64,000 nucleotides of DNA from Polyangia bacterium (GCA_050287845.1 JBNKCR010000017.1:103233-167232), one strand, 5' to 3'. Shown: positions 19,779-30,721, counted from the first letter of the stretch. Made by a program: numbers and translations. Notes: generated by a model not told the origin, from the sequence alone.

Positions 19779-22700
19779 ATGAAATCTGAAACGTTCCAGG
19801 GGCTGTTCAATTACAGGTATCGGATTGAAAAAAAACTGGGGGAGGGTGCGCAGGGCGCCGTGCATCTGGTAACGGATACGGTGACGAACCGGCAGGTGGC
19901 CATCAAGGTGTTACATGTGGGACAGAGTGACCAGTGGCAGACCCTCTTTCGCCATGAGTTTGAAATTCTGGCGGATTTGTCCCATCCGAATCTGGCACAG
20001 GTGCACGACTTCGGGGTGACGTCGGAAGGTCAGGTGTTTTTCACCCGCGATTATATTCCGGGCAATGATTTGCTGGCAGCCACTTCGGCCGCAGGCGGTG
20101 ATGATGCCATCGGTACGGCCATCTGCGCACGGGGATTTGTGGCGGTATGTGTTCAGATGTGTCGCGCCCTGCGTCCGTTGCATCGAAGCGGGCTGATACA
20201 TGGCGACATCAAACCGGGAAATCTGGTATTCGGAAAGACCCGGAAATCATCGGATGGGCGATGGCACAGCAGCGCATATCCCATTGATTTCTCCTTTGTC
20301 CGGGCGGCATCGGGGCAGGCGCCTCCCAGGGGAACCCTCCAGTACATTGCGCCGGAAATTCTGGCGCGCAAGCCGGTGGATGTGCGCGCGGATTTGTATG
20401 CCCTGGGCGCCACCATTTACGAGGCAGCCTGTGGCACGCCTCCCTTTGAACCCGACATCAGCGCCATCATGGCGGCCCATCGCGAAGGGCGAAAGCCCGA
20501 GTGGCAGGTAACGCGAATCTGTGATGAGTCCGATGCGGAGCGGCGGATACTCAATGGTCTGGAAAGCATTGTGCATCGGCTGCTGGCGTCCAATCCAAAC
20601 GATCGGTTTCCGGACATTGATGAACTCGAAGCGGCGCTTACCGCGCTATGTCCCGATGCGGTGGCCGAGGATACCGAGAGTTATATACCGGGTAGAAATG
20701 TACTGACCGGCAGCGGCGGTCTCTCCGGGGACAGTATATCCGGCGAGGTGTTCGCCGCGATGCGGGAATGCCTGGAAAAGCCGGCCGACAATGGGTTGTT
20801 TGTGGTGGAAGGGGAGGCGGGAGCCGGCCGCAGTGTGGTCAGAAAATCGGTGAAATGGCAGGCCCAGCTCCAGGGAATTCATGTGCTGGAGACTCATTTT
20901 TACGGGGATGCGGAGTGGTTTGCGTCCGTGCGTGAACTGCTGTTGCAGGCCGCCACTGTTATGGGGGGAACGCCGGACGAGCAGGAATGTCTGGAAGTGG
21001 CCACGCAGCTGGTGGAGTTCGGCAATACCCGCCTGGACTTTCATCGGGTGTCCTCCACGGTGATGTCACTGATTCTGAAGGCATCGCAGATTCGTCCCAT
21101 TCTGGTGACCATGGACAACCTGGACCGGGCCTGCGGTGAAATGTTGACCATTCTGCGCGGTCTGCTGGCGGTGAACCAGAAAGGGGCCCGAGTGGCGATT
21201 CTGGCCACCAGTGTGCCGGAATTTGATTGGCAGAACGCCTTGGGCACCGGCAGGGTGTATCACATCCGGCCTCTTGGCGAACCGGAAATTGCCAGGCTGG
21301 TGGAGCAGTATCTGTCGGTGGATGGCATGTTGCTGGCGCCCAAAATTCTGGAGCACACCGGTGGCAATCCACTTTTTGTTACCCAACTGCTGCACAACTG
21401 TATCCTTACCGAAAAAAGTCCCGAAAGCGTTATTGATGACACGGTGGTGACGGATGTGGAATCTTACTGGCAGATGAGGTTGAGTGAACTCTCCAATCGG
21501 GAGCGGGTGTTGCTGCAGTCCATCGCCGTGCTCGGCCGGTACAGCGATTTGGCCACCATTCAGCACGTGGCCCATTTCGGCGCGGAAGCGGTGGCGACGG
21601 TGCATCACCTGGAACAGCAGCGATGGCTGAAGCAGCGGCATCAAACCTTTGGCATTCTTTCCACTTCTCTGGCCAATCAGATTCTCAGAACGTTGAGTGA
21701 TGGAGAGTGGCGAGATTACTCGGCCCGGGCGTTTGAAGCGGAAACGGCGATGGAGCCGCGGCTGCTGCACGCGGCGCGCATCGGACAGATTGATTTTTTA
21801 AACGCCCATGCCCTTCCCACGGTGCGGAAACTCGAACAGCAGGGGGCGTTGTCGATGGCATGCCGTGTCCTTCAGCAGATTGTGGAGTGTGACACCGGCG
21901 AACCCCTTCGCACCGAAGCCACTATTGCCTATGGCCGAAATCTGATAGCCATTGGAGAACTGGAACGGGCCAGACGGACACTTGTACCCCTTAAAGACAG
22001 TGATAATCCGCTGGTCCGTCAATCGGCGTTGCGGCTGCTGGGAAAAATTGCGGTGCAGCAATCGGCCCTCGACGACGCGACCCTGCTGCTGAAGGAAGCC
22101 CTCAATATCGACGGGTCGGTGAATATCTCGGCCAAGGTATACTTTGAACTGTGCGAGATTGAGTATCGCCGGGGCCGTCATCCCGAGGCCATCGAGTATG
22201 CCAACCGGGGCCTCGACCTGCTCGATGATGACGATCACCATCGTTGCAATTTATTGTGCAGCAAGGCCAAGGCCAGTGCGGCCCTGGGCAATCACGATGT
22301 GGCCATGCTGCTGGTGGATGAAGCGCAGGAGCTGGCCAGGGGACACCAGGAAAAACAGATGCTGGCCATTGCCACCGACATTCGTTCGTGGGTGATAGGT
22401 CTGACCGGAAACATTGCCGAGGCCACCACAGAACTGGAAAAAGCCGCCGCGTTGTATCGGGAAATTGGCGATACGTCCCATCTGGCGCGATCGCTGCAGA
22501 TTATTGGCAACAATTACTGGTGGCTCGAAAAATGGTCTCTGATGCTGAAAAACCACGAGGAGGCGCTTCATGTGGTGGCGTCTCTCGATAACCCGGTGGG
22601 ACGGAATGAACAGCTGATTGCATACGGTTATGCCCTGATGTGTGTTGGCCGATTCGAAAAGGCCGGGCTGATATTTCAGCGGGCCCGGTCGGAAGCGGCG

Positions 22701-24893
22701 CGCATCGATGATCGGTTTCAGCAGGCGAAGCTTGCCGCATACGAGGGAAACTGGAACGCGTGGCAGGGATATTATGACGAAGCGCTGATTCAGTGGAAAG
22801 AAGGCATTCAGCGGTTTGAACAACTGTCGGCCCATGCGGTGATTGCGGAACTGTCGCTGGAAATGGCGGGTGCGCTGATCTCCCGTAATTATTCGGCGGA
22901 TTTATTGGCCGCGGAAAAATGGATTGAAAAGGCAAAGCGGACCCCAAGGGAAGACGAGGGTCGTCAGTTTGAATATCTGCTGATGTTGACTGAAGGGCGA
23001 TTTCGAATAGCCAATGGCGGTTTTGAAGAAGGGGCCAGGATACTCAACGAACTGCTGAGCCGGCTATCGGAAGACCGGAACCAGGAGATGCACTGGCAGG
23101 CATCGTACTACCTGGCCGTTGCCCATCTGGATCGGGGTATGAAGCTGGTGGCGAGAAAGCAGTTGCGACAGGCGGAAACGTCGCTCAATAGGCTGTCGGT
23201 GGGGTTGCCGACGGAACATCGGGTGTCTTTCTGGCAGGACACGAGGCGCGCCGCTGTGAAACGACATCTGGAACAGTTTTCCAGCGAGCAACTCTACGAC
23301 AGTGCGCAGTTCGATGTGGCGGAAGAAGAGTCAAACGAAACCGCAAAGCTCTACAAAGTGCTGGAGTTCAACAAACGGATTTCAAGAGAGGCGAATGTCA
23401 ACGTACTGACAGAGGAAATTCTGGATTCGGCCATAGAACTGACCGGTGCGGAGCGGGGATTTTTTCTGGCCAAAGGTCGGGATGGGATGGCTATTCGCGC
23501 TGCCAGACAGCTGCAGCCGGAAACCGATGATTCGCCGTTTTTTCAGTTCAGCACCTCTATCGCTGAATCGGTTTTTCTCGACAATGAACCGGTGTTGACA
23601 ACCGACGCCGCGAAAGATCCGAGGTTCAACGAATTTCTTTCCATTCATCACCTGCAAATCAGATCTGTCGCCTGTCTGCCTATCTCATTCCGGTCGGAAG
23701 TGCTGGGGGTGCTGTATCTGGAAAATAGATTGTCCCGGGGTAAGTTTGACCACGGCGACATGCGGGTGCTGGCCGCGTTTGCCGATCAGATGGCCATTGC
23801 CCTGGCCCATGCATCGGTGCTGGAAGAGAAGAACCGTATTCATGAACATCTGGAAGAAACGGCTACCCGTTTGAACGAAATGGTGGCGCAGCAATCGGAA
23901 GACCTGAAGTCGAAACAGGCCGGTCTGGACCTTGCCAATGAGCAGTTGCAGCGGATTCGAAATCGAATTGCCACGTCGGGAAACTATCATGGTATGGTGG
24001 GGACTGGACCGGCGATGCAGAAGGTGTTTAAACTCATTGAGCGGGTGAAGGACACCGATATTCCGGTGGTGATCACCGGAAGAAGCGGCACCGGCAAGGA
24101 TCTGGTGGCCCGGGTGATTCACGAGGCGGGAAAGCGAAGCAGTGGTCCCTTTGTGAGCCTGCCCTGCGGATCAATTCCCGAAACCCTGGTGGAATCCACA
24201 TTGTTCGGATATCGGAAAGGCGCGTTTTCGGGCGCGCAACTGGACAATGCCGGCATTCTGGCAGCGGCATGCGGTGGAACCCTGTATCTGGATGATGTGG
24301 CGGAAATGCCCCTGCGAATGCAGGTGGATTTGCTGCGGGTGCTGCAGGAAGGCGCGTACACCCCTCTTGGAGACCATCGCAAGTTCACCATTGATTTTCG
24401 CATACTCTGTTCCAGTAAACTGCCCCTCGAGCAGCTGGTGGAAACCGGGCGGCTGAGAGAAGATCTGTTCTATCGATTACAGGTGATCAGTATATCATTG
24501 CCAGATTTGAAAGATCGTCTCGAAGATGTTCCGTTTATTGCGGCCAACATCGCCAGAACCGAAGCGGGACGTCTGGGGCTTCCCTGGTCCGGTTTCTCCC
24601 CGGATACCCTGACTCAATATTCCCGGAGGCCATGGCCAGGAAACATCAGAGAGCTGGAACAGGAGGTCCGTCGACAACTGATTGTGGGGAATCTGGATGA
24701 CGGTCACGATTCCCTGAAAGATGAAACATCCGCATTGAAGGCGCCGATTTCCCGAACGCGGGAAAACGAACGGGAGCAGATGATGGCCGCCCTTGAAAAA
24801 AGTCAATGGAATAAAACCCGGGCAGCTCAGCTGCTGGGGATGCCCCGGAGAACGTTTTACCGCCGCTTGAAGGAGTATGATATTATAGAGTAA
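19779..24893 (+). CDS. Multidomain Ser/Thr kinase - AAA-like - TPR - GAF - sigma54 activator - Fis HTH
   Basis: GEGAQG/VAIK/HGDIKPGN/YIAPE kinase; GEAGAGRS P-loop and TGGNPLF; helical repeats; GAF (AERGF, GVLYLEN); GRSGTGKD, GAFSGA, FYRL, WPGNIREL; NKTRAAQLLGMPRRTFYRRL. Confidence 0.9.
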   Translation: MKSETFQGLFNYRYRIEKKLGEGAQGAVHLVTDTVTNRQVAIKVLHVGQSDQWQTLFRHEFEILADLSHPNLAQVHDFGVTSEGQVFFTRDYIPGNDLLAATSAAGGDDAIGTAICARGFVAVCVQMCRALRPLHRSGLIHGDIKPGNLVFGKTRKSSDGRWHSSAYPIDFSFVRAASGQAPPRGTLQYIAPEILARKPVDVRADLYALGATIYEAACGTPPFEPDISAIMAAHREGRKPEWQVTRICDESDAERRILNGLESIVHRLLASNPNDRFPDIDELEAALTALCPDAVAEDTESYIPGRNVLTGSGGLSGDSISGEVFAAMRECLEKPADNGLFVVEGEAGAGRSVVRKSVKWQAQLQGIHVLETHFYGDAEWFASVRELLLQAATVMGGTPDEQECLEVATQLVEFGNTRLDFHRVSSTVMSLILKASQIRPILVTMDNLDRACGEMLTILRGLLAVNQKGARVAILATSVPEFDWQNALGTGRVYHIRPLGEPEIARLVEQYLSVDGMLLAPKILEHTGGNPLFVTQLLHNCILTEKSPESVIDDTVVTDVESYWQMRLSELSNRERVLLQSIAVLGRYSDLATIQHVAHFGAEAVATVHHLEQQRWLKQRHQTFGILSTSLANQILRTLSDGEWRDYSARAFEAETAMEPRLLHAARIGQIDFLNAHALPTVRKLEQQGALSMACRVLQQIVECDTGEPLRTEATIAYGRNLIAIGELERARRTLVPLKDSDNPLVRQSALRLLGKIAVQQSALDDATLLLKEALNIDGSVNISAKVYFELCEIEYRRGRHPEAIEYANRGLDLLDDDDHHRCNLLCSKAKASAALGNHDVAMLLVDEAQELARGHQEKQMLAIATDIRSWVIGLTGNIAEATTELEKAAALYREIGDTSHLARSLQIIGNNYWWLEKWSLMLKNHEEALHVVASLDNPVGRNEQLIAYGYALMCVGRFEKAGLIFQRARSEAARIDDRFQQAKLAAYEGNWNAWQGYYDEALIQWKEGIQRFEQLSAHAVIAELSLEMAGALISRNYSADLLAAEKWIEKAKRTPREDEGRQFEYLLMLTEGRFRIANGGFEEGARILNELLSRLSEDRNQEMHWQASYYLAVAHLDRGMKLVARKQLRQAETSLNRLSVGLPTEHRVSFWQDTRRAAVKRHLEQFSSEQLYDSAQFDVAEEESNETAKLYKVLEFNKRISREANVNVLTEEILDSAIELTGAERGFFLAKGRDGMAIRAARQLQPETDDSPFFQFSTSIAESVFLDNEPVLTTDAAKDPRFNEFLSIHHLQIRSVACLPISFRSEVLGVLYLENRLSRGKFDHGDMRVLAAFADQMAIALAHASVLEEKNRIHEHLEETATRLNEMVAQQSEDLKSKQAGLDLANEQLQRIRNRIATSGNYHGMVGTGPAMQKVFKLIERVKDTDIPVVITGRSGTGKDLVARVIHEAGKRSSGPFVSLPCGSIPETLVESTLFGYRKGAFSGAQLDNAGILAAACGGTLYLDDVAEMPLRMQVDLLRVLQEGAYTPLGDHRKFTIDFRILCSSKLPLEQLVETGRLREDLFYRLQVISISLPDLKDRLEDVPFIAANIARTEAGRLGLPWSGFSPDTLTQYSRRPWPGNIRELEQEVRRQLIVGNLDDGHDSLKDETSALKAPISRTRENEREQMMAALEKSQWNKTRAAQLLGMPRRTFYRRLKEYDIIE

Positions 24894-24927
24894 CTCCGAG
24901 TAACTCCATATCGGCAGATATGCGGGA

Positions 24928-27069
24928 TCACAGGGTCAGACGCAGCATTCTCTGTCGAATCGATTTGAAACTCATGCTGAGCTGCTCTTTTTCCGGGGTG
25001 GAAACCAGTTGTTCCGCATGTCTGAACAGAAACTCCATGGCCCGGAGGCTGTCTGTCTTGAACGCGATAATCTGATCGGGCTCACGAATATCAAACTGGG
25101 ACATCAGGTTCTGATCTTTTCCCATTCCGGAAATCAACGCATTGACGGCCTGTTTGCCGGCAATGTCGGACACCGCGCGCACGGCTTCGTTTGCCAGGGC
25201 GACAATATCGTGATTATTTTCATTGTACTCGATTAAGTCCATACCCACCCGGAGTGATCCCAGGGTATCGACCACCGTGGTGATGTGCTTCCGTGAAATG
25301 AGATTGCCATGCTGAGGGGCAATCATGCGCACCTTCGGGCTGAGATGACGCACGGATTCAAGGGCCCGTTGCAGTGCGCGGGAGGAGGGCATGTATATCT
25401 GATGAAAGAGTTCGATGCCGGCCAAATCCTCTTCGGCGAACATATATCCATCCCGGGTGGTGGTGCCTCCAAAAAGATCGCCGGAAAACAGAACTCCGTT
25501 TTCCGAATCGAAAATCATGGCGGCGCCGCGGGCGTGACAGAAGGGGGTAGGGATAAATCGGATGCTGTGTCCGGTGCTCAGTCCGAATTGTTGTTCCGGA
25601 ATGCTTTCCAGCGAAACGTAGCGCCTGGGATCCAGGCCATAATGACGCGCCAGTCTCCATGTTTCATCTGAGCAGACAATCAGAACTGCGGGATTCAATC
25701 GCTGAATCTCGGCGGCATTTCCCGCCACATCCGGGTCCTGATGATTGAGGTAAATGTAATTGAGATTCTCTACCGTTCCGATGATGCTGCTGATATTTTT
25801 TCTGATGACGTCCAGGTCGCGAAGAGGCCCGGGATCGATGAGGATGGAGATTCGATTTCCATTTCCTTCAAAGACACGCAGATACGAATTGCATTCAAGC
25901 TGTGTGTGATGCCGTTGTCCGACCCAGTACACATTCCTTGAAAATTCCAGCGTGATGGCGCGGGGGTCCGGTGGCACTGATGTCCTCAACAGGGCCACCT
26001 GGGTGACAGCCCGGACGTTAACCTGTTCGGTCGTGTCCTTTTCTCTGCCGGCGGATTTCACTGATTCGAAACTGGGCAGTGTATATTTGACCCCACGTCG
26101 CACCCGACTGAGCAGACCTGAAATGTCGCGTTGAAAATCCAGCATACTTTCCTGACGCTCATCGGGATTTTTTGACAATGCCTTCAGAATGATGCGCCTG
26201 GCGTCTGCCGGAATTTTCGCGGCTCTGGCGTGGCCGTCGTTCCACGATGGCGCTTCACTGATTTGTCTGGGCAGTACCAGCAGCGGCGATTCCTCTTCGA
26301 AAGGCGCGTGGCCAAACAGCATTTCATACAGCACAATGCCGGCTGAATATATATCCGACGCCACACCGGCATCCTGTCCCTTGCACTGTTCCGGGGACAT
26401 GTATTCCGGAGTGCCCACCACGGTGCCGCTCAGGGTGAGTCCCCTCGTGGGGGTATTGTTTGAAAACAGTTTTCCGATACCCAAATCGAGAATTTTGACA
26501 ACGGGTTCGTTCCGGTCGCCGGGGGTATGCAAAAAAATGTTGTCCGGCTTCAGGTCGCGGTGCAGAACGCCGCGCTCGTGGGCGGCGGCCATGCCTTCGC
26601 AGGTCTGCAGCATAATCTGAAATGCGATTTCAGGTGCCAACGGACCCATTTTCAGCGCTTCCCCCAGGGAATATCCACTGAGCAACTCCATAACCATGTA
26701 GCTGGTGTTGTCTTCCAGAACACCGAAATCCTCCATGGTGACAATGTTGCGATGGGCAATGAGCGAAATCAGCATGGCTTCCTGGCGAAAGCGCACATTG
26801 AGATGGGAATCCCGGGTAAACGCCGACTTCAGCAGTTTGAGGGCCATCTTTTTACCGGAGGAAAGTTTTTCCACTTCGAATACATCCGCCATGCCCCCGG
26901 TGCCGATGATGCGGACCACGCGATATTTGCCGTCAATGGTCTGATCAACCCATTTGGCTTCCCGTCGGGAAATCAACTCCACGGGGGTACCGTCTTCGGG
27001 ACAACGGGTAACAGCGGGGTCTGAACCTTCAATGTAGCAAATGGGACAATACCAAATGGAACTGGTCAA
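24928..27069 (-). CDS. Ser/Thr kinase fused to metallo-beta-lactamase-fold di-iron (ODP-like) domain
   Basis: N-terminal CPIC..CPEDG; GTGGMA, HRDLKPDN, DLG, GTPEYMSPE; C-terminal YWVG, NSYL, ILIDPG, HQDPD, CH, FSGDLFG, FHQIYMP, IAPQHG. TTG start with GAAAGGA RBS. Confidence 0.85.
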   Translation of the reverse strand: MTSSIWYCPICYIEGSDPAVTRCPEDGTPVELISRREAKWVDQTIDGKYRVVRIIGTGGMADVFEVEKLSSGKKMALKLLKSAFTRDSHLNVRFRQEAMLISLIAHRNIVTMEDFGVLEDNTSYMVMELLSGYSLGEALKMGPLAPEIAFQIMLQTCEGMAAAHERGVLHRDLKPDNIFLHTPGDRNEPVVKILDLGIGKLFSNNTPTRGLTLSGTVVGTPEYMSPEQCKGQDAGVASDIYSAGIVLYEMLFGHAPFEEESPLLVLPRQISEAPSWNDGHARAAKIPADARRIILKALSKNPDERQESMLDFQRDISGLLSRVRRGVKYTLPSFESVKSAGREKDTTEQVNVRAVTQVALLRTSVPPDPRAITLEFSRNVYWVGQRHHTQLECNSYLRVFEGNGNRISILIDPGPLRDLDVIRKNISSIIGTVENLNYIYLNHQDPDVAGNAAEIQRLNPAVLIVCSDETWRLARHYGLDPRRYVSLESIPEQQFGLSTGHSIRFIPTPFCHARGAAMIFDSENGVLFSGDLFGGTTTRDGYMFAEEDLAGIELFHQIYMPSSRALQRALESVRHLSPKVRMIAPQHGNLISRKHITTVVDTLGSLRVGMDLIEYNENNHDIVALANEAVRAVSDIAGKQAVNALISGMGKDQNLMSQFDIREPDQIIAFKTDSLRAMEFLFRHAEQLVSTPEKEQLSMSFKSIRQRMLRLTL

Positions 27070-27289
27070 ATCTGTTTCCTTTCACAATCCGTTTTCCCGC
27101 CCGGAAATACTTCTGGCACAGGAATACTTGATATGTACCATAAAACTGATGGGCGCAAAAAAAACCCCATGCGAACGGCGGTTTCTCCCGGCGATGGGGA
27201 ACGATGACGCCCTGTTCAGAAAAATACTTCTCATCCGGAAGCCAACACGTTACAAGAGGGCCGATGAATGCTGAACAGAGGAAAGCACC

Positions 27290-28534
27290 ATGAGAAAAAT
27301 TCCCCCATTTTCAAAAGCGAAAATCGAAGAAATCATTAACGCGTATCCGACCCCATTTCATATTTACGACGAAAAAGGTATCCGGGAAAATATCCGGACC
27401 TTTCTCAAGGCCTTTGCGTGGGCGGATTTTAAAGAGTATTTTGCCGTGAAGGCCGCGCCAAATCCGTACCTGATGAAAATTCTCAAAGAAGAAGGGTGCG
27501 GGATGGATTGCAGTTCGTATCCCGAGTTGCTGCTGTCGGAAAAAGTGGGGGTTACCGGTGAAGAAATCATGTTTTCGTCCAATGAGACGCCGGCCTATGA
27601 ATATCAGGCTGCGGTCCGGCTCGGGGCCATCATCAATCTGGACGATATTACCCACATTCCCTATCTCGAAAAGCATTGCGGTATTCCCGAAGTGGTGTCC
27701 ATCCGATACAACCCGGGGCCGGAGCGAACGGGGAATGCCATTATCGGAAACCCGGTGGAATCCAAATATGGGTTTACCCGGGCCCAGGTGTTTGACGGAC
27801 TGTCCCTCCTCCGTGAAAAGGGGGTGACGCGGTTTGGCATTCACTGTTTTGTCATTTCCAATGAGTTGAATCGGGCGTCCTACGTGGAAACCGCACGGAT
27901 GCTCTTTTTGCTGGTACAGGAAATTCATGAGAAGCTGGGAATCCATGTTGAGTTTGTCAATCTGAGTGGTGGTATCGGCATTCCGTACCGTCCCGAAGAG
28001 CAGCCGGTGGATTTGCTGGCGCTGGGTGAAGAAATCCGGAAGGAATATGAAGCGATTATCGTGGCCAAAGGTCTGCATCCACTGGGCATCCGCTCCGAGT
28101 GCGGCCGCATGGTGACCGGACCCTACGGGTATCTGATTACCGAAGCTATTCACGAAAAACATATATACAGGGAATACATCGGTGTCGATGCCTCCATGGC
28201 CAATCTGATGCGGCCGGGGCTGTACGGCGCCTATCATCACATCACTGTACTCGGTAAAGAGGATGCCCCGAGGGATCACACGTATGATGTGGTGGGTTCC
28301 CTCTGCGAAAACAATGACAAGTTCGCCATTGACCGACAACTTCCAGAAATTGTGCCGGGGGATTTGCTGGTCATACACGATGCCGGCGCCCACGGTCATG
28401 CCATGGGATTCAATTATAACGGAAAGTTGCGCAGCGCCGAGTTGCTGTTGCGGGAAGATGGACGCGTGGAAGAAATCCGTCGGGCTGAAACCGTGGCGGA
28501 CTACTTTGCGACCCTTGATTTTTCCAGACTCTGA
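27290..28534 (+). CDS. lysA: Diaminopimelate decarboxylase
   Basis: YPTPFHIYDE, FAVKA, SKYG, NLSGGIG, ECGR, RPGLYGAYH, GSLCENNDKF, GAHG. Confidence 0.92.
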   Translation: MRKIPPFSKAKIEEIINAYPTPFHIYDEKGIRENIRTFLKAFAWADFKEYFAVKAAPNPYLMKILKEEGCGMDCSSYPELLLSEKVGVTGEEIMFSSNETPAYEYQAAVRLGAIINLDDITHIPYLEKHCGIPEVVSIRYNPGPERTGNAIIGNPVESKYGFTRAQVFDGLSLLREKGVTRFGIHCFVISNELNRASYVETARMLFLLVQEIHEKLGIHVEFVNLSGGIGIPYRPEEQPVDLLALGEEIRKEYEAIIVAKGLHPLGIRSECGRMVTGPYGYLITEAIHEKHIYREYIGVDASMANLMRPGLYGAYHHITVLGKEDAPRDHTYDVVGSLCENNDKFAIDRQLPEIVPGDLLVIHDAGAHGHAMGFNYNGKLRSAELLLREDGRVEEIRRAETVADYFATLDFSRL

Positions 28535-28540
28535 TTTTTC

Positions 28541-29338
28541 TTACCACAACATTTTCACGGCGGCGACCACCAGCAGGATGGCAAATATTTTCTGAATGAG
28601 CGCCACCCGCCAGCGATGAAGCATCCGGGTTCCTATCCACGTTCCTGCAATGCCCCCGAGCGCCACCAGACCGGCGATTTGCAGGTCCACATGGCCAATC
28701 ACCAAGTGGTTCGTCGCGTGTGGCGCGGCGACAGGTTCCAGCAGATAGTAGAAACACGCGGTGGCGGAGACCGTGAAGGTAAACAGAGACGCTGTACCGA
28801 TGGCGCGCTTGATGGGTTGCAGATACATCACGTTGAGCACGGGAATCATCAGCGCGCCGCCCCCCAGTCCGAGCATGCTGGAAAGGGTGGATATGCCCGC
28901 ACCGATGGCGCCAATCTGCATTCGCCTGGCGCGGGTGAGCGGTTCATCTTCCGCTTTGTCCTTCCGTCCCCGGTAGATTCGAATGGCGGAGATAATGAGA
29001 AAGGTGGACAGGATGCAGCGCACCACGTCCACTGGAAGATTGTCGGTCAGCAGCACCCCGAACCCAGAGCCGAGAACACAGGCGATGGCGAACCAGGGCA
29101 GCAGAGACATATCAATATTTCGCTTTCGATAATGCAGGATGGTGGCACTGAGACTGTTGGATACAATGATGGCCGATGAGGTACCAATGAGGATTTTCAG
29201 AAAATCCGTAGGATATCCCAGATGATCAATGTAAAAAAACTGGGCCAGGGGCAGAAAAATCAGTCCGCCACCCACTCCCAACAGTCCTGCCGTAAGTCCC
29301 GATGCAAAGCCCACCAGCAGCAGCAATAAGATGATCAA
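28541..29338 (-). CDS. Sulfite exporter TauE/SafE family membrane protein
   Basis: GLLGVGGG and MLGLGGGALMIP repeats, AIGTASL. Likely TTG start at 29338 after GAGGAG. Confidence 0.85.
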   Translation of the reverse strand: MIILLLLLVGFASGLTAGLLGVGGGLIFLPLAQFFYIDHLGYPTDFLKILIGTSSAIIVSNSLSATILHYRKRNIDMSLLPWFAIACVLGSGFGVLLTDNLPVDVVRCILSTFLIISAIRIYRGRKDKAEDEPLTRARRMQIGAIGAGISTLSSMLGLGGGALMIPVLNVMYLQPIKRAIGTASLFTFTVSATACFYYLLEPVAAPHATNHLVIGHVDLQIAGLVALGGIAGTWIGTRMLHRWRVALIQKIFAILLVVAAVKMLW

Positions 29339-29510
29339 CGCGCAATTCTCCTCAAAAACCGATTTCAGGATTGAACAACCGAAGTATTTAACAACGGGCA
29401 ATGTCTCTCCCCTGTGAAACCTACTGTTGATTCGCGGAACTGCAAGATAAAATTGAAGGTGGGAATCCAGATTTCTTCAAAAATAATGAATCCGAAAAAA
29501 CAGGGGAAGA

Positions 29511-30152
29511 TCAATTCGCGGAGAATCGGAACAGCCCATTCAGGGCGCCACCAACCACCACGCCGCGATGGTTATCCGGATCGCTGATGCCGAAAAGTGG
29601 CGAGACATACGGGCTCAGTCCCAGCTGGAAATTCATTTTTTTCCCCGGTCGCTTGAAATCGACGCCTACATATCCACCCAGTTTGGGACCCATGGCGAAA
29701 AAGGAATCACCCCGATTGTCGCCCTTTGACCCGGAGTGGTAATCCGGGCCATAGTGGAAGATGACGCCAACGGTCGGACCCGCCACAAAATCCGCCTTTC
29801 CATCTGAAACTTTTCGGAACAGCAGGGACGCCTCGGGCTCAAACTGCAACATTCTGAACGCGGCGCCAAAGAGAATGGGGCGCATGACCGGCAGATTCAC
29901 CAGCAGTGACACATCCTTTTTAAGACCGATTTCGGTGAATACCGATATATCCAGGGCCGGACCGCCTCTGGTTCCCGGCGGTGTGGCCACGCACATGCGC
30001 ACATCGTCATACCGCCCTCCCGCGCTGACCATCACACCGAAGATCACCTGGTTTTCTTCCCCGCTATCCGCCATCTGCCGGGCGCTGGCAATGCCGGGAA
30101 ATGCGGCGAAAATGAACGAGAAAGTTGTGATGAATATGAGTTGTCGAAACAT
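29511..30152 (-). CDS. Hypothetical exported protein (beta-strand rich)
   Basis: Signal peptide ending ASA; alternating hydrophobic strands; Phe near the C-terminus. Confidence 0.6.
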   Translation of the reverse strand: MFRQLIFITTFSFIFAAFPGIASARQMADSGEENQVIFGVMVSAGGRYDDVRMCVATPPGTRGGPALDISVFTEIGLKKDVSLLVNLPVMRPILFGAAFRMLQFEPEASLLFRKVSDGKADFVAGPTVGVIFHYGPDYHSGSKGDNRGDSFFAMGPKLGGYVGVDFKRPGKKMNFQLGLSPYVSPLFGISDPDNHRGVVVGGALNGLFRFSAN

Positions 30153-30523
30153 TTTAACGGCCTTTCGTCAACCGGGCAGATGCATGTGGTGTGTCCGGGG
30201 CTTCGGAATTCAGTTCTTCGCTACTGCCCAGAGGAGCCGTGCATAATGCATGTCGTGGCAAATTAATTGGATTTCCGGGTTCATCAGACTCGGCGGGGAC
30301 TCGGCAAAGATGTCTCAGTTTTGGCAAAATTGTCTCATTTTTTCAGGGTGAAACATTTTTTTGCCAGCAGTGGTTATGCTTGATGGGGTCACGGGCTTTT
30401 GATATGTACTGTGCGAGCTTGAGATACTTCTGAATGAACAGCATTTTCTACAGCTGGCATGAGGATTGCTCTTGCGCTCTGGCAATGAAATACACAACGC
30501 AAAATACATAAGGAGAGTTCATT

Positions 30524-30685
30524 ATGACAAAATACGAATGCATTGCATGTGGCTGGGTATACGATCCGGAAGCGGGTGCGCCTGATCAGGGTGTGGATCC
30601 CGGTACCACCTGGGAAGATATTCCCGATGATTTTACCTGCCCGCTCTGCGGCGTGGGTAAAGATCAGTTTGAAGCATTGGATTGA
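30524..30685 (+). CDS. Rubredoxin (53 aa)
   Basis: Too short for the ORF track. Manual translation [62 protein letters not shown]. Confidence 0.96.
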   Translation: MTKYECIACGWVYDPEAGAPDQGVDPGTTWEDIPDDFTCPLCGVGKDQFEALD

Positions 30686-30721
30686 AAATAATAAATTTGC
30701 AACAACCAGGGGAGGTTGACC

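Noticed and set aside
24888..24907. Short tandem duplications (GAGTAACTCC x2; GCACTTTCAGG x2 near 16272; EMD x3 near 33245)
   Set aside because: Isolated slippage-type duplications with no further structure.
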